From the NCBI GenBank assembly GCA_973851085.1, contig OZ316775.1, forward strand, positions 14,942,001-15,006,000: a stretch of DNA of 64,000 nt, written 5' to 3'. Shown in pieces: positions 1 to 13,074 of this stretch. Below the pieces are notes generated by a model. The model was not told where the DNA came from. It saw nothing but the letters and a program-made list of their open reading frames with translations, and did not search any database. The first letter of the stretch is position 1. Each line of letters begins with the position of its first letter. This stretch comes from Ptychomitrium polyphyllum. Its lineage: Eukaryota. The translations under genes were made by a program, and so were the position numbers.

Positions 1-639
1 TAATTGTGAACAGGGATTAGAGAATTGGTAAAAACTTGTATACTAGTTTTACAGATAACTATATCTGAGAGATCAAATGATAGTGTCGAAGAGTTTAAAG
101 TTTTTAGAGTTTAAAAGTTTAAAGTTTGGACAGAAAAGTATTTTGGAAAAGTAGACGCTATCATGTGAAAATTGTTCGTCCATATTTTTGCCATTGCTGC
201 AGGTTAAAGTTTAAACGCTAACTCAGCATGTGATTTAGACAAACATTTTTTCCAATCGTTTAGAAGCTTGCCATCGGCCTTAAAAGATAGGTAGGAACGA
301 ATAAATCGACGAGTTGTTCAACCTTGATGCAGATTAACATTACCACGTAGAAGAAGGTAAACAAGCTGAATCATGACAACATACTCGATAATAGCTTATC
401 TTCATTCACATAAGTACATTTGTACAACATTGCAGATGATGCCATAACAACTGTACCAAGTTATAAGCATTCGAGCTACCAGCTGCTAATGAAAATTTTA
501 AAAGGCTGCTGGAATATTCTATCCTAGAACTGATGACCAAAAGTATAGTTACTCCTGTAATTCACATAAAACACAATTTCCAGCCACAATAGTACGATCT
601 TTCGCCATTTCTGTGCAAATTGTTCTAGTAATCAGTAGA

Positions 640-1222
640 TCACTTAGCAACGTTGGAAAGCTCGGACTTAGTCTTGTACTTGGCTTCATCAATCTCGATG
701 CCCTTCTCTCTGGCAGCTTCTTCTCCGGACATGTCCTTTCTGGCCAACCCCCCTTTGCGCCCCATCTCTTGGTACCCTTCCCGCCCCATTTGCGCCGCAC
801 GAGCGTGCCCTCCCTTTCTGCCCCCTTCCACAATCCGCTCCTGCAACCAACAACCAAGAAACATTTCCAAAACATAAGATGATTCAGACAGCCTCAAATA
901 CATCACAGAAGATGTACGTTACCAGAAAATCTAAAAACAAAAAAACAAAGATACTGCATTACATACCAGTATGTATTTTCACACATTTACACACACATTC
1001 CACATAAATAGGACACAAATGCTTAGAGCACTCATCAGTATCATGTGAAAAGTATACCTGGGCTTCTTTGGACAAGCCTCCTTTGGCATGGACATCCTCC
1101 TCGGACGGCTCCGAGTGCTGGCCATCACCCCGGGTTAATCCTCCTTTGGTGCCACCATATTTGACCCGAAACTGCGCCTCATCCGACATCGGCCCCTCGT
1201 CCTCGTGATGAGTTGGTGCCAT
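640..1222 (-). CDS. Em-like / LEA group 1 small hydrophilic protein, 2 exons (1222-1058, 840-640), 121 aa
   Basis: Exon 2 carries the Em 20-mer-type motif GGHARAAQMGREGYQEMGRKGGL and the C-terminal GIEIDEAKYKTK. GT donor at 1057 and AG acceptor at 841 join in phase 0 (EAQ|ERIV). Confidence 0.92.
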
Positions 1223-1386
1223 GGTGAAAATGATCACTCAAAACTCAACGATCTCAAAAATCCTACACTACTGTCACAAACCTCGATGACCACTCAACAG
1301 AAGATTCTAAGACGAACTCCTGTTTAAAGTGCACAAAAAACTTGCAATGAAAGCTTGATGTGAGAAAGCAGAGTAGGGTGGTAAGC

Positions 1387-1392
1387 TTTATA
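1387..1392 (-). promoter_or_regulatory. TATA box of the Em-like gene
   Basis: TATAAA on the minus strand ~165 nt upstream of the ATG at 1222. Confidence 0.6.
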
Positions 1393-1540
1393 TTGGAAGC
1401 GGAACGTACGTCTGGTGTGTGCAGAATTGGGGCAGCATTAGCAACAGACAGAGGCGTGGCGGCAGGAAGAGCGCGAGGGAGACGTCGAGAGCGTCTGCAG
1501 AAACCAAGTGTTGGCCACTGGGAAGGAGGATTAGCGCACG

Positions 1541-1550
1541 GCCACGTGGT
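1541..1550 (-). promoter_or_regulatory. ABRE/G-box (ACCACGTGGC) upstream of the Em-like gene
   Basis: Canonical ACGTGGC ABRE core, with further ACGT cores at ~1404-1411 and 1482-1487. ABREs are the established control elements of Em genes. Confidence 0.75.
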
Positions 1551-2700
1551 AATCAGCAGTAATTAGCACTAACCTCGATCGTGTGAAGCTTGATTGAATA
1601 TGACGGCCGGGTCAGTGCAACCAACACCTGGTGCTTCTGCACAATGCCACCAAACCCTAGTTGAAGAATGGAGTCTTCAATCTTCACTATAGATGCACCA
1701 TGCTAGTTCAGATCACTGATCATGGTTTCCCATCGATCAGGGACATGGTGCGTTTTGAGGTGAAGTTCATGAGCTCATAATATAACCTAGTGCTCTGGTG
1801 GGGCACTCTTCACAAAAATCAATTGCTAGTGTTTTCACGTTTTAATGAGCATCGCATTGTGCTCACTTACTCGGTCCTACCAGCAATAAAATTTGGCATT
1901 CTATACCTTCAAACCAAAAAAGTTAAGCGAAATCCTCCTGGATCATTCCAATCATTGTGCACTGGCGGAACCTAGACGTACTCAAGCTTTGCACAAAGGC
2001 TTACAGAATGGACAGAGCAGAGACTCGTACGAATTATAATTCTGAGACTCCGGTGCAACACACAGCTGTAGGATACGTGTTCTTGATCCACACAGGGTTC
2101 CACTTAGAGGTGCAATTGGTATAGCAGGTCAGAGACTATAGTTCTGAAATTGGGAGTATGTCACATGCTTGCAAAATTCTAAATACTGAGCCCTAACCTT
2201 GAGGGGTTTGCATGCGGGAGGTTTATACATACCAGTGTACATGGCTGCCGTCCTTCGCTTCGGTAGACGTGTGCAGATTTGCGATTAGTTTCTTATCACA
2301 TCTTGAGCCGGCGCTAGCAAGGTAGCTTATAGCATCTTCTGTTCGACTAAAAGCTTTCCTATGGATCGACTATAGATGGAATTATCATTCCAATCATTGG
2401 GCACTTCGAGAACAGGAACCTTCGTGAGTTGATAGGCGTTTCCAGGGGGCATGTCATTGAGCTGATACTGTCGCTTTCATAATGTCATTGAGCTCTATCA
2501 AGTTGAAATGTCACTTTAAGGAAATTGCGAAGTGGATTAGCCTGTATGTTGTGCGCTCTGTGATGTCTCAAACGTGGTTGTAACTTGACAAATTTCCTGT
2601 TCATTGTTTGACTCTCCTTGCGTTTGTTGGATACCTCTAGAATTTAAAGTGCTTTGGTTATGCGACACTTTGAATTTGCTTCCGAATGACGCAGGATACC

Positions 2701-3079
2701 ATGGGTATATCGAGGAGAGGCGTTTGTGATGAGCTTCCACTGGAGATCATCAAGCACGTGCTGTCTTTCTTGACTGTACCCACTCTGAAGAATGCGGTCC
2801 GTCTGCAAGGCATGGAACGAGCTCATTGCTACGTCAAGCTTTCACGATCTCTATAACGGAACAGAAAATCTTATGCGTTCTTTTTCATGTAGAGGGACAA
2901 TTTTCGAGGGTTCGAAGGCGGTTGAGCCTATGTTCACAACGACGTTGAGCTTTCTCGATGTAGATGCGATGCGATGCGGTGATAATCTATCCCGGCGCTT
3001 CCTGAGGTCTGTGCTTGTAGCAATCATGAGATGGAATCTCGGTATACGGCGACGGACGATGGACTTTTTTGCGATCTGA
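2701..3079 (+). pseudogene. Frameshifted F-box protein pseudogene
   Basis: ATG 2701 frame gives ELPLEIIKHVLSFLTVPTL. The second half of the F-box motif (MRSVCKAWNELIATSSF) is in a different frame starting at 2792, so there is a frameshift at ~2790. Confidence 0.75.
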
Positions 3080-4361
3080 CTTACAAACGAATAACGGAGA
3101 CTATGGAATGCATCTAACGAGGTTGAGAAGGTTTGGTCATTGTCAACCGTCTGCTTTCATCGAACTCTGTTAGCAGCTAACCCTATCGTTTATTTCGGCT
3201 TTCAATCTAATGAGCTTAGTATTCTACGCTAAGCTGATCAGGGGAATTCATGGCTGGAAGTATGGTGAATGAATTTCTACAGGGGTCTCGATAAACCAAA
3301 ACTGGTGGTGAGCGGCAATTGCTTGTTTGTGAATGTGCAGTTTCCACTCCAATGGGATGTGCAACTTATACAGGAGAGCTAAGGAGGTTGAAGTTAGCGA
3401 TTGGCTTGGCAGTTCTCTTAAACTCACACCCTTTCGTGTACATTGCAAAGAATCCTGATTTTAACCTTATAATCCTGAGGGTGATTGTGCCCTTTACAGA
3501 GCCAAGACTATGACCTTGAGTTTGACGAACTTATCGGCACAGTACTAGCTGCCCAAGACCTCGATGTGCTGGAGGCTTGTGACAAGGATCCTGAGTCCAC
3601 AGCTGACAACTCGAGTAACACGCTGTGTCTACCATTGTAAGTTTTCTGTTCTGCAGATGATTCCCAAAAACTGATGTTTTCAGTCATGTTCCACCCGTAT
3701 GTTGTAGCTCAAGTGCTGGTTCCATGACTCTTTGGCCATTTCTGTGATAGAACATTTAAGATTTGTCAATGTAGATGTGAGGAAGTAACAGACGAATGTA
3801 GAGCAGCAGAATCTGCCATTTCAACCATTCTGTATAACTCAAAAACTTGGAGGACTTGACGTTTTTGGTGGCATAGCTTATTCTGAGACTGCTGTTCAAA
3901 GTATAGGTTCTCTTGAATTCTCTTGAATTGTATTCTAAGCCAGTAATGCCCCTCGCTGGCCTCCTAGATATTTGAGCCCGAAGGTGTATGAAGTGCAGAA
4001 TGAAACTCCTTTCTCGGCAGACATGAAGTGTTTGTTAGACTTCAAAAACAAGCTAAAACACAAGCATCATTATCATTCAACACACCAACTACACAAAGAT
4101 GTTAAATTCAACCACATGTTGTCAAGGCCAGCAGGCTAAAACGAGAGGTTTCCAATCTCGAAGCAGCCTTCAATCAAGGAATTTCGGTAAGAATGTCAAA
4201 CAGCTTTCAATCCTCTTAGCACCGGTAGTTCACAACAACGAATTTTTGGTTCCAAGTTGTAGAAATAAACGCAGTTCAAAACTAGACAACTTTAGAAGAC
4301 CTGTTGAAGATAAGATTTGTCAACGCAAAACCACATGATTAATCTGATATCCTTGTTGAGA

Positions 4362-4433
4362 GCCTCCATGGCTTAGTGGTAGAGCGTTCCCTTCGTAAGG
4401 GAAAGGCCGTGAGTTCGATCCTCACTGGGGGCA
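4362..4433 (+). tRNA. tRNA-Thr(CGT), 72 nt, intronless
   Basis: Cloverleaf: acceptor GCCTCCA/TGGGGGC, D arm GCTT/GAGC, anticodon arm TTCCC-TTCGTAA-GGGAA (CGT at 4394-4396), T arm GTGAG-TTCGATC-CTCAC, discriminator A. Confidence 0.97.
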
Positions 4434-4457
4434 GATCTGAGGACACTCCACTCGAAG

Positions 4458-4465
4458 TTTCTTTT
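4458..4465 (+). terminator. Probable Pol III terminator of tRNA-Thr
   Basis: TTTCTTTT, the first T-run ~25 nt after the tRNA. Confidence 0.5.
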
Positions 4466-4771
4466 CTTCCTACTTGAGTTGAGGTGAGCACAGAGGAAAA
4501 GACGGCAGTCTTTCGTTGGAAAATCTGAAAGAAAGAATGTATATAAGCAAAAGACAGAAGACGCTACCTGTACCACAAACTCCAGATATCTATGAAATGG
4601 TACATGCTCTAGAAAAATAAACTACATTTGTTTCAGTTCTTTGTGCTACAAATATAGTTTGTTAAAGTTACACAGCAACTCATAGCGCTGAAACTTGGCT
4701 ATTGTACAGAGGCTATGAAGTGCTTCACAGCATGTGTCGCACCTGGAGTCATAAAGAGCATCAAACACGAT

Positions 4772-7700
4772 TTACAAATTTCCAGTATGTACACCTTGAC
4801 CTGCATAGAGTAGGTGCATTCGTAGTTCCCACATAAGGTTTGTCATACTGTTGCGGAAATATGGCGCTTCCTCGCCCAACACGTCCACACAAATTTTAGC
4901 GACTTGCACCATAATCTCTTGCCGAACTGCGAAGAAACTTCCACCCTGTAACCGGACATTGCAGGTCAGTGCATGCGAGGATTAACACGATATGAATGAT
5001 GTGATGATGTTTCATTAAAGCTTTACACGATCAGGAGGTCAATGGGAGGAGATAGTACCCCAAAATTGATTGTGCACATAATGCAAATCTCTGGGCCCCA
5101 GTGTCCCATGGTATTGAGATAGCACATAGGAGTCGACTTTTGTTTCTCCACTTGAGGGTGCGTTGTCAAGTAGTCTACCACATTTTCTGTGATTTTATTC
5201 ACCAGGAATATGTCTTGGTTGTGCAAGTAGAAACTTGCCTCCAACAGCTTTGAATTTGCTCTGGAGAAGTTTGTTATCACCTGGCATTCGAACAGGCACA
5301 TGGATATGGATTACAAGGAAATCATTTTTTGTAAATACTACAGAAGGAAAATCCAAACATGATATGTGTTTTCAAAGTCCAAAAGCTTGAGATGTGAATC
5401 CATGCTCACTGAGGAAAAAAAAGTGCACTACGTACATTCACCTACAATCTTCTAATGTCAGAGTTCTCTAAACAAACCCCTTGTGGAAGCACATACAAAC
5501 AAAGTTCACTAAGGCAGAGTCACCAAGTGTGCAACTGATCTTTATGCTAAGCACATCTCACAAAACACGAATTCACCTGGTTGATGAAAGACTGATTGGG
5601 AACCAAAACGGGTGTGCCATCGAAACCTCGAACTTTCGTCACCATGTACCCAATGTCTTCTACTCGCCCAGAAATCGTTCCTGCCTACACCGCCACTCAC
5701 CCACACAATGAAAGTTGCACCTTTAAAATCGTAATTTTTTTCAAGAGTCATACATACCTTACTGTGAGGTTCTTCTGACCGCAGCAAATGATTTGTTTTA
5801 GTATGCAGCAAATGCTAAGTGTAAAGTGATGTTAAGCACAAGCAGAATCAACAACGGTGTAAAACAGAGAGCGGATCACAATTTCTGAACGATTTGATGA
5901 ATTGGCATTTCAAGGAATTTAGGCTTGTTTCCAATTTTCAATTCATGAGTTGCTTCACCTTTATGCTTTCGCCAATAACAAAAGGTCGCGTGAGAAAAAT
6001 CACTGCTCCACCAAAAATGTTGCTGACCACCTCTTTAGCTGCCAAGCCCACTGCTAAACCTGTGGAAAGTAAAGGCAGGTTTTTCTATCAGCTCGTGTGA
6101 TCATCCAATCATCTTCCAAGACCCCGTATATCCAGAGCAAACTAGCTTACGCAGAGAGTGAACAAAAATACCTGAGATACCACCAACGGCGAGTAGTGAA
6201 CGTAATGCAAATCCCACTATCTCTGCAATGCACGTGACGGATAGAAAGCACAAAAGTAATGACACCAGCCTATCAAATGCTAATAGGCGTGGCTGCACAT
6301 GAAAGAAAAACTTCAGTATCCTTGGTGTTTCAGATAAATCATGAGTGTTTCATATGTGCATGAAGCTTTAATGATTTGGAACTTCAACCCAAGAACTTTA
6401 GTATATTTTTATGTAACTTAAGCCTCCAATTAAAGATCTGATGTTAGAGTGTTTGAATACTTTCGAGAAGCTGAAATTGATTTCCACTCAAAATAAGATG
6501 CATGTCAAGCTAGGTTTAGAAATTACCTCGTCTATCTTGTGCTTAGAAATGTAATTGTCGATGAAGTGCTGTTTCCAACGGAAGAGGAACCACGTGCTGC
6601 ACACCACTACTCCAATACCTCTTGCTTTGACAAATAAAAGGCCTCCGAAATATTGTTGCAATTGTGCTGAAAATGCAATGATTCGCAGCCTGCTCATCTC
6701 CCATCACCCATTAACAAACACATTCCAGAAATTGTGTAACAACAACAGAGAAACAACCGAGTGAAGCTGTAGAAAAGAAAAAACATACGAATAGATAGTA
6801 AAAGACAAGTTACATCTGCCAAATACGATTATACGAATGGAAGCTGAGGTTAAGAATTCAGGACGTCAACTTACACGCGCGTGGACGCCCATATAGTGAT
6901 GAGAAGACGGAGTGGAGCCGTAGCAGCATGGAACACCGAATTCCTATACTCGGCACCATCCATGACGATCGGCATTCTCCTTGTTGCTGAAACAATTCTT
7001 GTGCACAAAAGCTCACACTTTATCAATCATCCGGAAGTCGAGGCAAAACACGCACGGAGCATCCAAACCTAGCCTTAGAGTTCTACACCACATCCTTCTA
7101 CCTTCGTTGCTAGGCATGATATAGTGCATTAGCACTAAGATATGTATCAGTGGTTCAACAATTCGAGGATGGGTGACAGTAGCAGAAGGGAGACAGACCT
7201 GAAGAGTCCTTTGCAGAAAGAATCCACTTGACAGTACATCAACCCTAAACTTCCAAACACTAACCCCTCTCGCACCAGCGTTGTGGCCTGTTTCGAAGCA
7301 GAAACATCAACTCATATAAGTACCCCGACCATGAACAAATCATCCGAAATTAGAATTTCATAAGAACGTCTAACGCCACTCTTATGCATATCAATGATAC
7401 GGTAGCTGGATTTGAAATTAAATTTTGGCAGAAAATCAGCAGAAGATGGATCATTACGAAAACATTGAAGAGGAATTTGACTCAAAGCGTAGTGAGGAAC
7501 TTCTTACAAAGGCTTCGCTCTGGTGAATATGCTCGTGGAGTTTGGGAGGCAGCCAGTCGAGGAGGTCGGAGCTTGAGGATGAGTTTGGCATGAGCATTCT
7601 TGCTCTCGACAGCAGAAAGCTGCTGAGGCGGTCTAGAATGTAGTCACTTAGTGATGGAGGACCATAGGTGATTGCAGGGCCGGGTGTGGCTGCCATGGGA

Positions 7701-8116
7701 GTTGCAGTGCAACCGATTGATCGCCGGCATCGTTGTGTCGCTGCGTGTCTTCGCAGCTTGGAGCACCGCAACCTTTTTCCGAAATGCTCACTTGCTCTAG
7801 AACTTGAGTCCTGCTGCTACAGATTTACAGGAATACAAAGGAAATGGATTCACTTCATAGAAAGGAGTGCAATATGAATAATCTGAAACTCTATGTCATC
7901 TACAGAAAACGAGAGCTTCTCTTGCTAAACATTACTTCGCCATTAAGGATGATGTCCATTCCTAACCGCAGTCAAAATGACAGGAGCGAGTTCACTCACC
8001 TCATGGTATAGAACTCTACAAGACACTCCGTATGATCTATTCACGAATTTCCAAATCCCTCCAACATCATTATAGCCAAAGCGTGGAACTGTCCTAGATT
8101 CTACATGCAGCGCCAT
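4772..8116 (-). CDS. MscS-like mechanosensitive ion channel (organellar MSL1-3 type), 10 coding exons
   Basis: Exons 8116-8000, ~7816-7508, 7287-7199, 6997-6875, 6689-6527, 6292-6172, 6059-5959, 5684-5577, 5280-5059, 4945-4772 join in frame at GT-AG introns. MscS core: SLLAVGGISGLAVGLAAKEVVSNIFGGAVIFLTRPFVIGESIK-AGTISGRVEDIGYMVTKVRGFDGTPVLVPNQSF-VITNFSR. First exon and last-exon end are less certain. Confidence 0.88.
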
Positions 8117-9032
8117 ATATTCTGGACAGCAAATTATCATACAATCCGGTTGTCTTCACAATCACTTCAAGCCTAACTCCACCCTTCTTCAGACGCCAAC
8201 AACAACACCGCAATTCTTCAGCTCTCACGCAACGCACGCAGATTCTCCCACCACTGCAACTGCCAAAGACCAACCTACAAAACTTTTAGAAAATATCTCA
8301 ACATGCAACCAACTATCGTACAAATTCAGAACTGTTACTACAGACCCACTTACCATGTACAACTTTTCTGACGATATTATTATTCCCAAGTAAACAGAGC
8401 TCAGGCAGAATCTATACTACTTACACAAACAAATGCATGCATACAGTGAATGAATCCCAGTTCCAGCTGAAAGTGAGCAGTGGAGTACTACAACACGGTA
8501 CCAGTTTCACCTGAAATATGAGACAACGAGTGATCGTAAACTGTACAAAGACGTAATGAACAATCTGCAGAAGAACTGGCTTACACAACGCGGCGCTCAC
8601 AGCAGGTGACCAAATCGGCTAGAGGTGGTGATTGAGTAACTGCAACTCAGAGTCGTACCTATCCCTGAACTGTAGCAGCACTACTTAAAGCGCCCAAGTC
8701 GCACCTTACAGCTGCTCATTCCAATACTTGCACACATCAAGTACGACTAAAAGGAAACTTCGACCGGTAATATCTTCCACAGTTCTACTCTATCTTGCTG
8801 TATACCTTGTGAGGACCTTGGTTGAGTTCGTTTCAGACGAAGATGAAGGATGCGAATGCCAGGTTGGAGGGCAGCGATGGAGTGCCCAGTGGCGGTAGCA
8901 GCCTCCACTCCATAGCCTGCCCAACGAGATGCAACCAACTCAATGCCGGCTCCGCAAGGCTGCGCCTTTGCGAGCTCAACCTCACCATCCTGCGCCTCCC
9001 GGATTGCCGGGATTGCTTTATCTGTTTCTCAG

Positions 9033-9046
9033 CGTCCACGTGGACG
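9033..9046. promoter_or_regulatory. 14-bp perfect palindrome containing a G-box (CGTCCACGTGGACG)
   Basis: Self-complementary, CACGTG core, overlapping a GACGTCA bZIP-type site upstream of the MscS-like gene. Confidence 0.45.
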
Positions 9047-9449
9047 TCATTGGGTTGTGTGACGACGGCATTCGTCGGCAGCCGCCGATGTCAACGGCCT
9101 TGCGTTTGATCGGGATGCCTATCCTGAAACCGACACTGTTGATTCGTTTCGGTAGATTTTAGATGTGAAGCATGTGGGGTTCGCTTCGTAGATCGTCACG
9201 GTTTTAGGTATAGTGACGATTTTAGGTGTGTGACGTTTGTAGGGGCTGTACTGGCCTGGCGCAACTGATCCGGGATAAGGTATAGTCAACTCTCTGTGTA
9301 TGTTTTAACACCTAAAAAGAGTTAATTAGTACCGTAAATGTGAGGTGGGTGATTTGGGTGGGGACACACATATTAATGTGCGGTGAGAACCAGCAGTTAG
9401 TTCCGTGAAATAACGTGACAAATGAAATGACAAATTATTGTATGATGTC

Positions 9450-11450
9450 GGAAGCTTTAGGAAAAAGATCGAGATAAAATTTTGAAAGTCAAATAGTTAA
9501 ACAAGTAGATAAATTACTTGGAGTCAACAAATTACTTGGAGTTGTATTGATGGAGATTTGGTTGGTAATTTGTGATAAAAGCTTTTGATTGAAATTTTAG
9601 AATAATTCCCCATGTGTTGACTTGTACATAAAAAAATTTATTTTAAAATTGTTGATGTTTATAAATGTTAAATGTTAATGATTTTTTATAAATAAAAATC
9701 ATTTGCTATTGGTGGTTCAAAATTGATTTTATTTTGGTACTGAATATAGTTTTTATTAGAAGGACAAGAAAAAATTTGATATATAGGATATTTTTGGAAA
9801 ATCTCAATGTAGTAATTGTGAATTTTCTAGAAATGTGAGTGAATTGGTTTTTTGAGTGATGGCAATAAATTTTTTTACAAACATTCATCTTTCTTATCTT
9901 TATACACTTTTTTTTTTTAAAATTATAATTGAAAATTCATCGTAAACAACATGTTATAACTCTGAAGACTCTCATGTATCTATAAAAATGAACTACTTAG
10001 CAAATGGGTTTTGATAAAAATTTATCAAAATGTTATTAGAATAGAAGTTTGAATTTCAAAGTTTTCAAAATTAATTATTTTTGACAGAATTAATTTTACC
10101 TTATAATTAGTATACACTTCAATAAAAAAATTGGAACATTTTCTTTTTCATTCTGTTAATTTAACATATTCTTAAAAATAAATTGAAAATATATTGTATG
10201 TAAAAAGGATGTACAATATGCAATAATCTAAACATAGGTAATTATATAAAAAATTCATTCCTAATTTTGGACGGCTTTCTAAATAAGATGAATTTAAAGG
10301 AAAATTTGATAAAATTGAAAGCTTACAAAAATAAGCATATTAAAAAATACAATAAGATAAAAGAACTAGTTACATAGATGTTTAGTTTATTACTTAAGAA
10401 GAAATTATAGTGATGAAAGAAATTGAAAGATATCACTTCAAGATTGATTTTGTGAATTATATTTTGAGTGTGAAAATTCCATTATGATTTATAACAAAAT
10501 ATAGAACTTATATTTCATAAAACATAGAAGTCATTTGCCAATAATAAATAAATCAAAGATGGTCATTTTACATAGAAACATTTTTTTATATTGTTGTACT
10601 TAAGTGAACCTAAAAACTTATAAAATATATTTTTTAAATGTTAACTTGTTAAAAGATACTTTTTAAAGATTTACTTAATTACATGTTGTATTTTTTTATA
10701 TGCATTTAATTTCTTGAATGCATTTAATTTTCAATTATTACCATTATTAATTCTAAAAAGAATCAAGTACAAAGAAATATAAATAAGTCCTATATACAAA
10801 TACTAATGAAGAGATGTATGCATTTGATATTGCTAATATAAAAAAGATCTAAATATTTATGCGACCATTGATGATTATAATATTTAAGATTAAAATGTTG
10901 ATATCAATTAATTATAGGATATAAATGATGTACACATAATACATCAAATGTTTGCACATTGTTTGTTATGCAGATTTAATATAGTTTCTTTAACTTCATA
11001 CTCTACTTGATAATTAAATCATGAAATTCTAGGTCTATTTTTCTTTAAAATTATAAAGATTTTTTGATAGTTCAAAGTTCTTCAAATTACTATGTTGTGA
11101 TAAAAATAAAAATAAATTCATTACACTATGTATTCTTGTAATACTTCAATGTCTAAATGATATAAAAGACAATGACAATTTTTTGTGATTAATATCATTT
11201 AAAATAACAAATGTGGATATGTCCTTGGTTATAAAGTTAAAAGTTGTCTTAGATTTGGATAGTTTATATAAGCCCTATAACTTTACTCCCAATTGCATTA
11301 TGTTCCTTCTAATCTTCTTCATAATAAACTCCTTTGTTTCAATTCTATGACAAACACGTAAAGTTTGAGAATTTTTTAAAAATCTCAAAAAAAATAATTT
11401 AAAATAAAAATAAATAAAAAATGAAAATCTAATTTTACAAACAGGGCTAG
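9450..11450. other. Very AT-rich intergenic block, probably decayed TE sequence
   Basis: Visibly low GC, no credible ORFs. Similar blocks at ~17450-18500, ~36250-37000 and ~58000-59400. Confidence 0.5.
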
Positions 11451-12583
11451 TATGGACAAAGTGTTGACTCTTCAATCTAATCATTAGCCTTGTTGCACAA
11501 CTTGAGACCATGCAATTCCTATGGGCTTGAAACTAGGGTGCAACAAAATTATTTCGAATTGCAATATCCTGAAGTTTTGTAAGATTGCCTTCAAATTTGG
11601 TTCATATTTTGTAAAAGTCATAATGCGTTTTTGAGAGAAAAATAATGTGGAGTTCTCCCTAGTTTCTATGTCCACAGTAATTGCAGAGTTTTTGTGTAGT
11701 ATTAGGGTAGTCATTGTGATCATCACCTCCATCACATCAAAACAAATCCACCAAAAGGTGCCAATGCTGTACGGTTTCTCGCACTTCAAACCCACCTGCA
11801 AAAGTTTGACGCAAAGGTGATCCTCAGATCCCCAGCCTGCAAGGCACCAGTAAAAGTTGGACTCCAGTCCAAGTCTACATGCCACCTCAATCATGTACAT
11901 ACATAGCAAACATGTCCTTGTCTATCTACCTAATCTAATCTATTCCCTTGACTCTCAAGTGGATGATGTGCTCTCCCTTCTTACCAATCGTATTTAAACC
12001 TTCCCAGTCCCTTTCTCAATACTTCTCAGTGCATGACAGCCAAGTACCATGTTTGACACCACTAGCCTAGACAAAAACAAACTACTCATCCTTCACCTGG
12101 GTCCCAACCCCCCAAGAAGGTGGATCACAAAATCCGTAAACTATGCGCAGCTGCAAACAATCCTATGAAAAGAAAAGACTCTCATGTGGTATTGCGCTGC
12201 AACAACATCATGTAATGATGGCCATGGACATGAACAAATATACTTCTCTTGCGTCTCTCACTCAAACAACTTATCAATTAATTTTCACAGCCTGTACAAC
12301 ACCAGGGCTTCACTCCACTCCACTCCACTCCACCACTGCTAAGTTAGAATCCTTCATAAAGCACTGATATTGGGAAAATCTCCCCCCAAGCTCCCAGTTT
12401 TAGCAACCTAGTACCACCACCACCATGCTGGGAGCCTAGACTGATGGCAGCCAGGCAAGATGATGACCTCCCCAAAGCAACTCACAACTTCAAAAGAAGG
12501 AACAGGGTTGAACCAGAAAAACAAGGAAGGAAAGAAAGAAAGAAAGAAAAATCCATGCCAGGCTGAAGTTGAAGGAAATACTC

Positions 12584-12713
12584 ACCACACACAGAGGAAT
12601 AGAGAGGAGAGAGAGAGAGAGATTACATCATTGTTGTCACTAGTTGAAACCACACACAGAGGAATAGAGAGGAGAGAGAGAGAGAGATTACATCATTGTT
12701 GTCACTAGTTGAA
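12584..12713. repeat. Perfect tandem duplication, 2 x 65 bp, containing a (GA)n tract
   Basis: ACCACACACAGAGGAATAGAGAGG(AG)nATTACATCATTGTTGTCACTAGTTGAA at 12584-12648 and 12649-12713. Confidence 0.95.
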
Positions 12714-13019
12714 GTCACAGTTGGAAGATGCTTGTCAAACTAAGTTAGAGTGATAAGATAGTTTCGCTAACGGCGTGCACGCTTGTGAGAAAAACTACTG
12801 TGACGGTGAAGTGGTGATGTAATCTTACTTCTCCTCGGGGTGATGGTGGTGGTGGTTGTTGTCGTTGTTGTTGTTGGGGTTCTACTGCTTCCCTGAAAGC
12901 CGGGGTGTTGGTTCGGTTAAGGTCGTGACTGAGTTGGGGTTTTGGGGATTCTCGAGATGGTTGGATGATTGACGAGTCCTCCAAGGTAAGCAAACTGGAC
13001 GGTTATCTCATGCTCGTCG

Positions 13020-13021
<2 letters not shown>

Positions 13022-13067
<46 letters not shown>
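13022..13067. repeat. (TG)n microsatellite
   Basis: About 23 TG units. Confidence 0.98.

Positions 13068-13074
<7 letters not shown>

Noticed and set aside
4434..4560. Possible dicistronic tRNA-snoRNA
   Set aside because: No box C after the tRNA, and a T-run terminator follows within ~25 nt.
12745..12993. 82-aa Gln/Pro-rich ORF
   Set aside because: Arises from GTT/GGT simple repeats in the homeobox upstream region.
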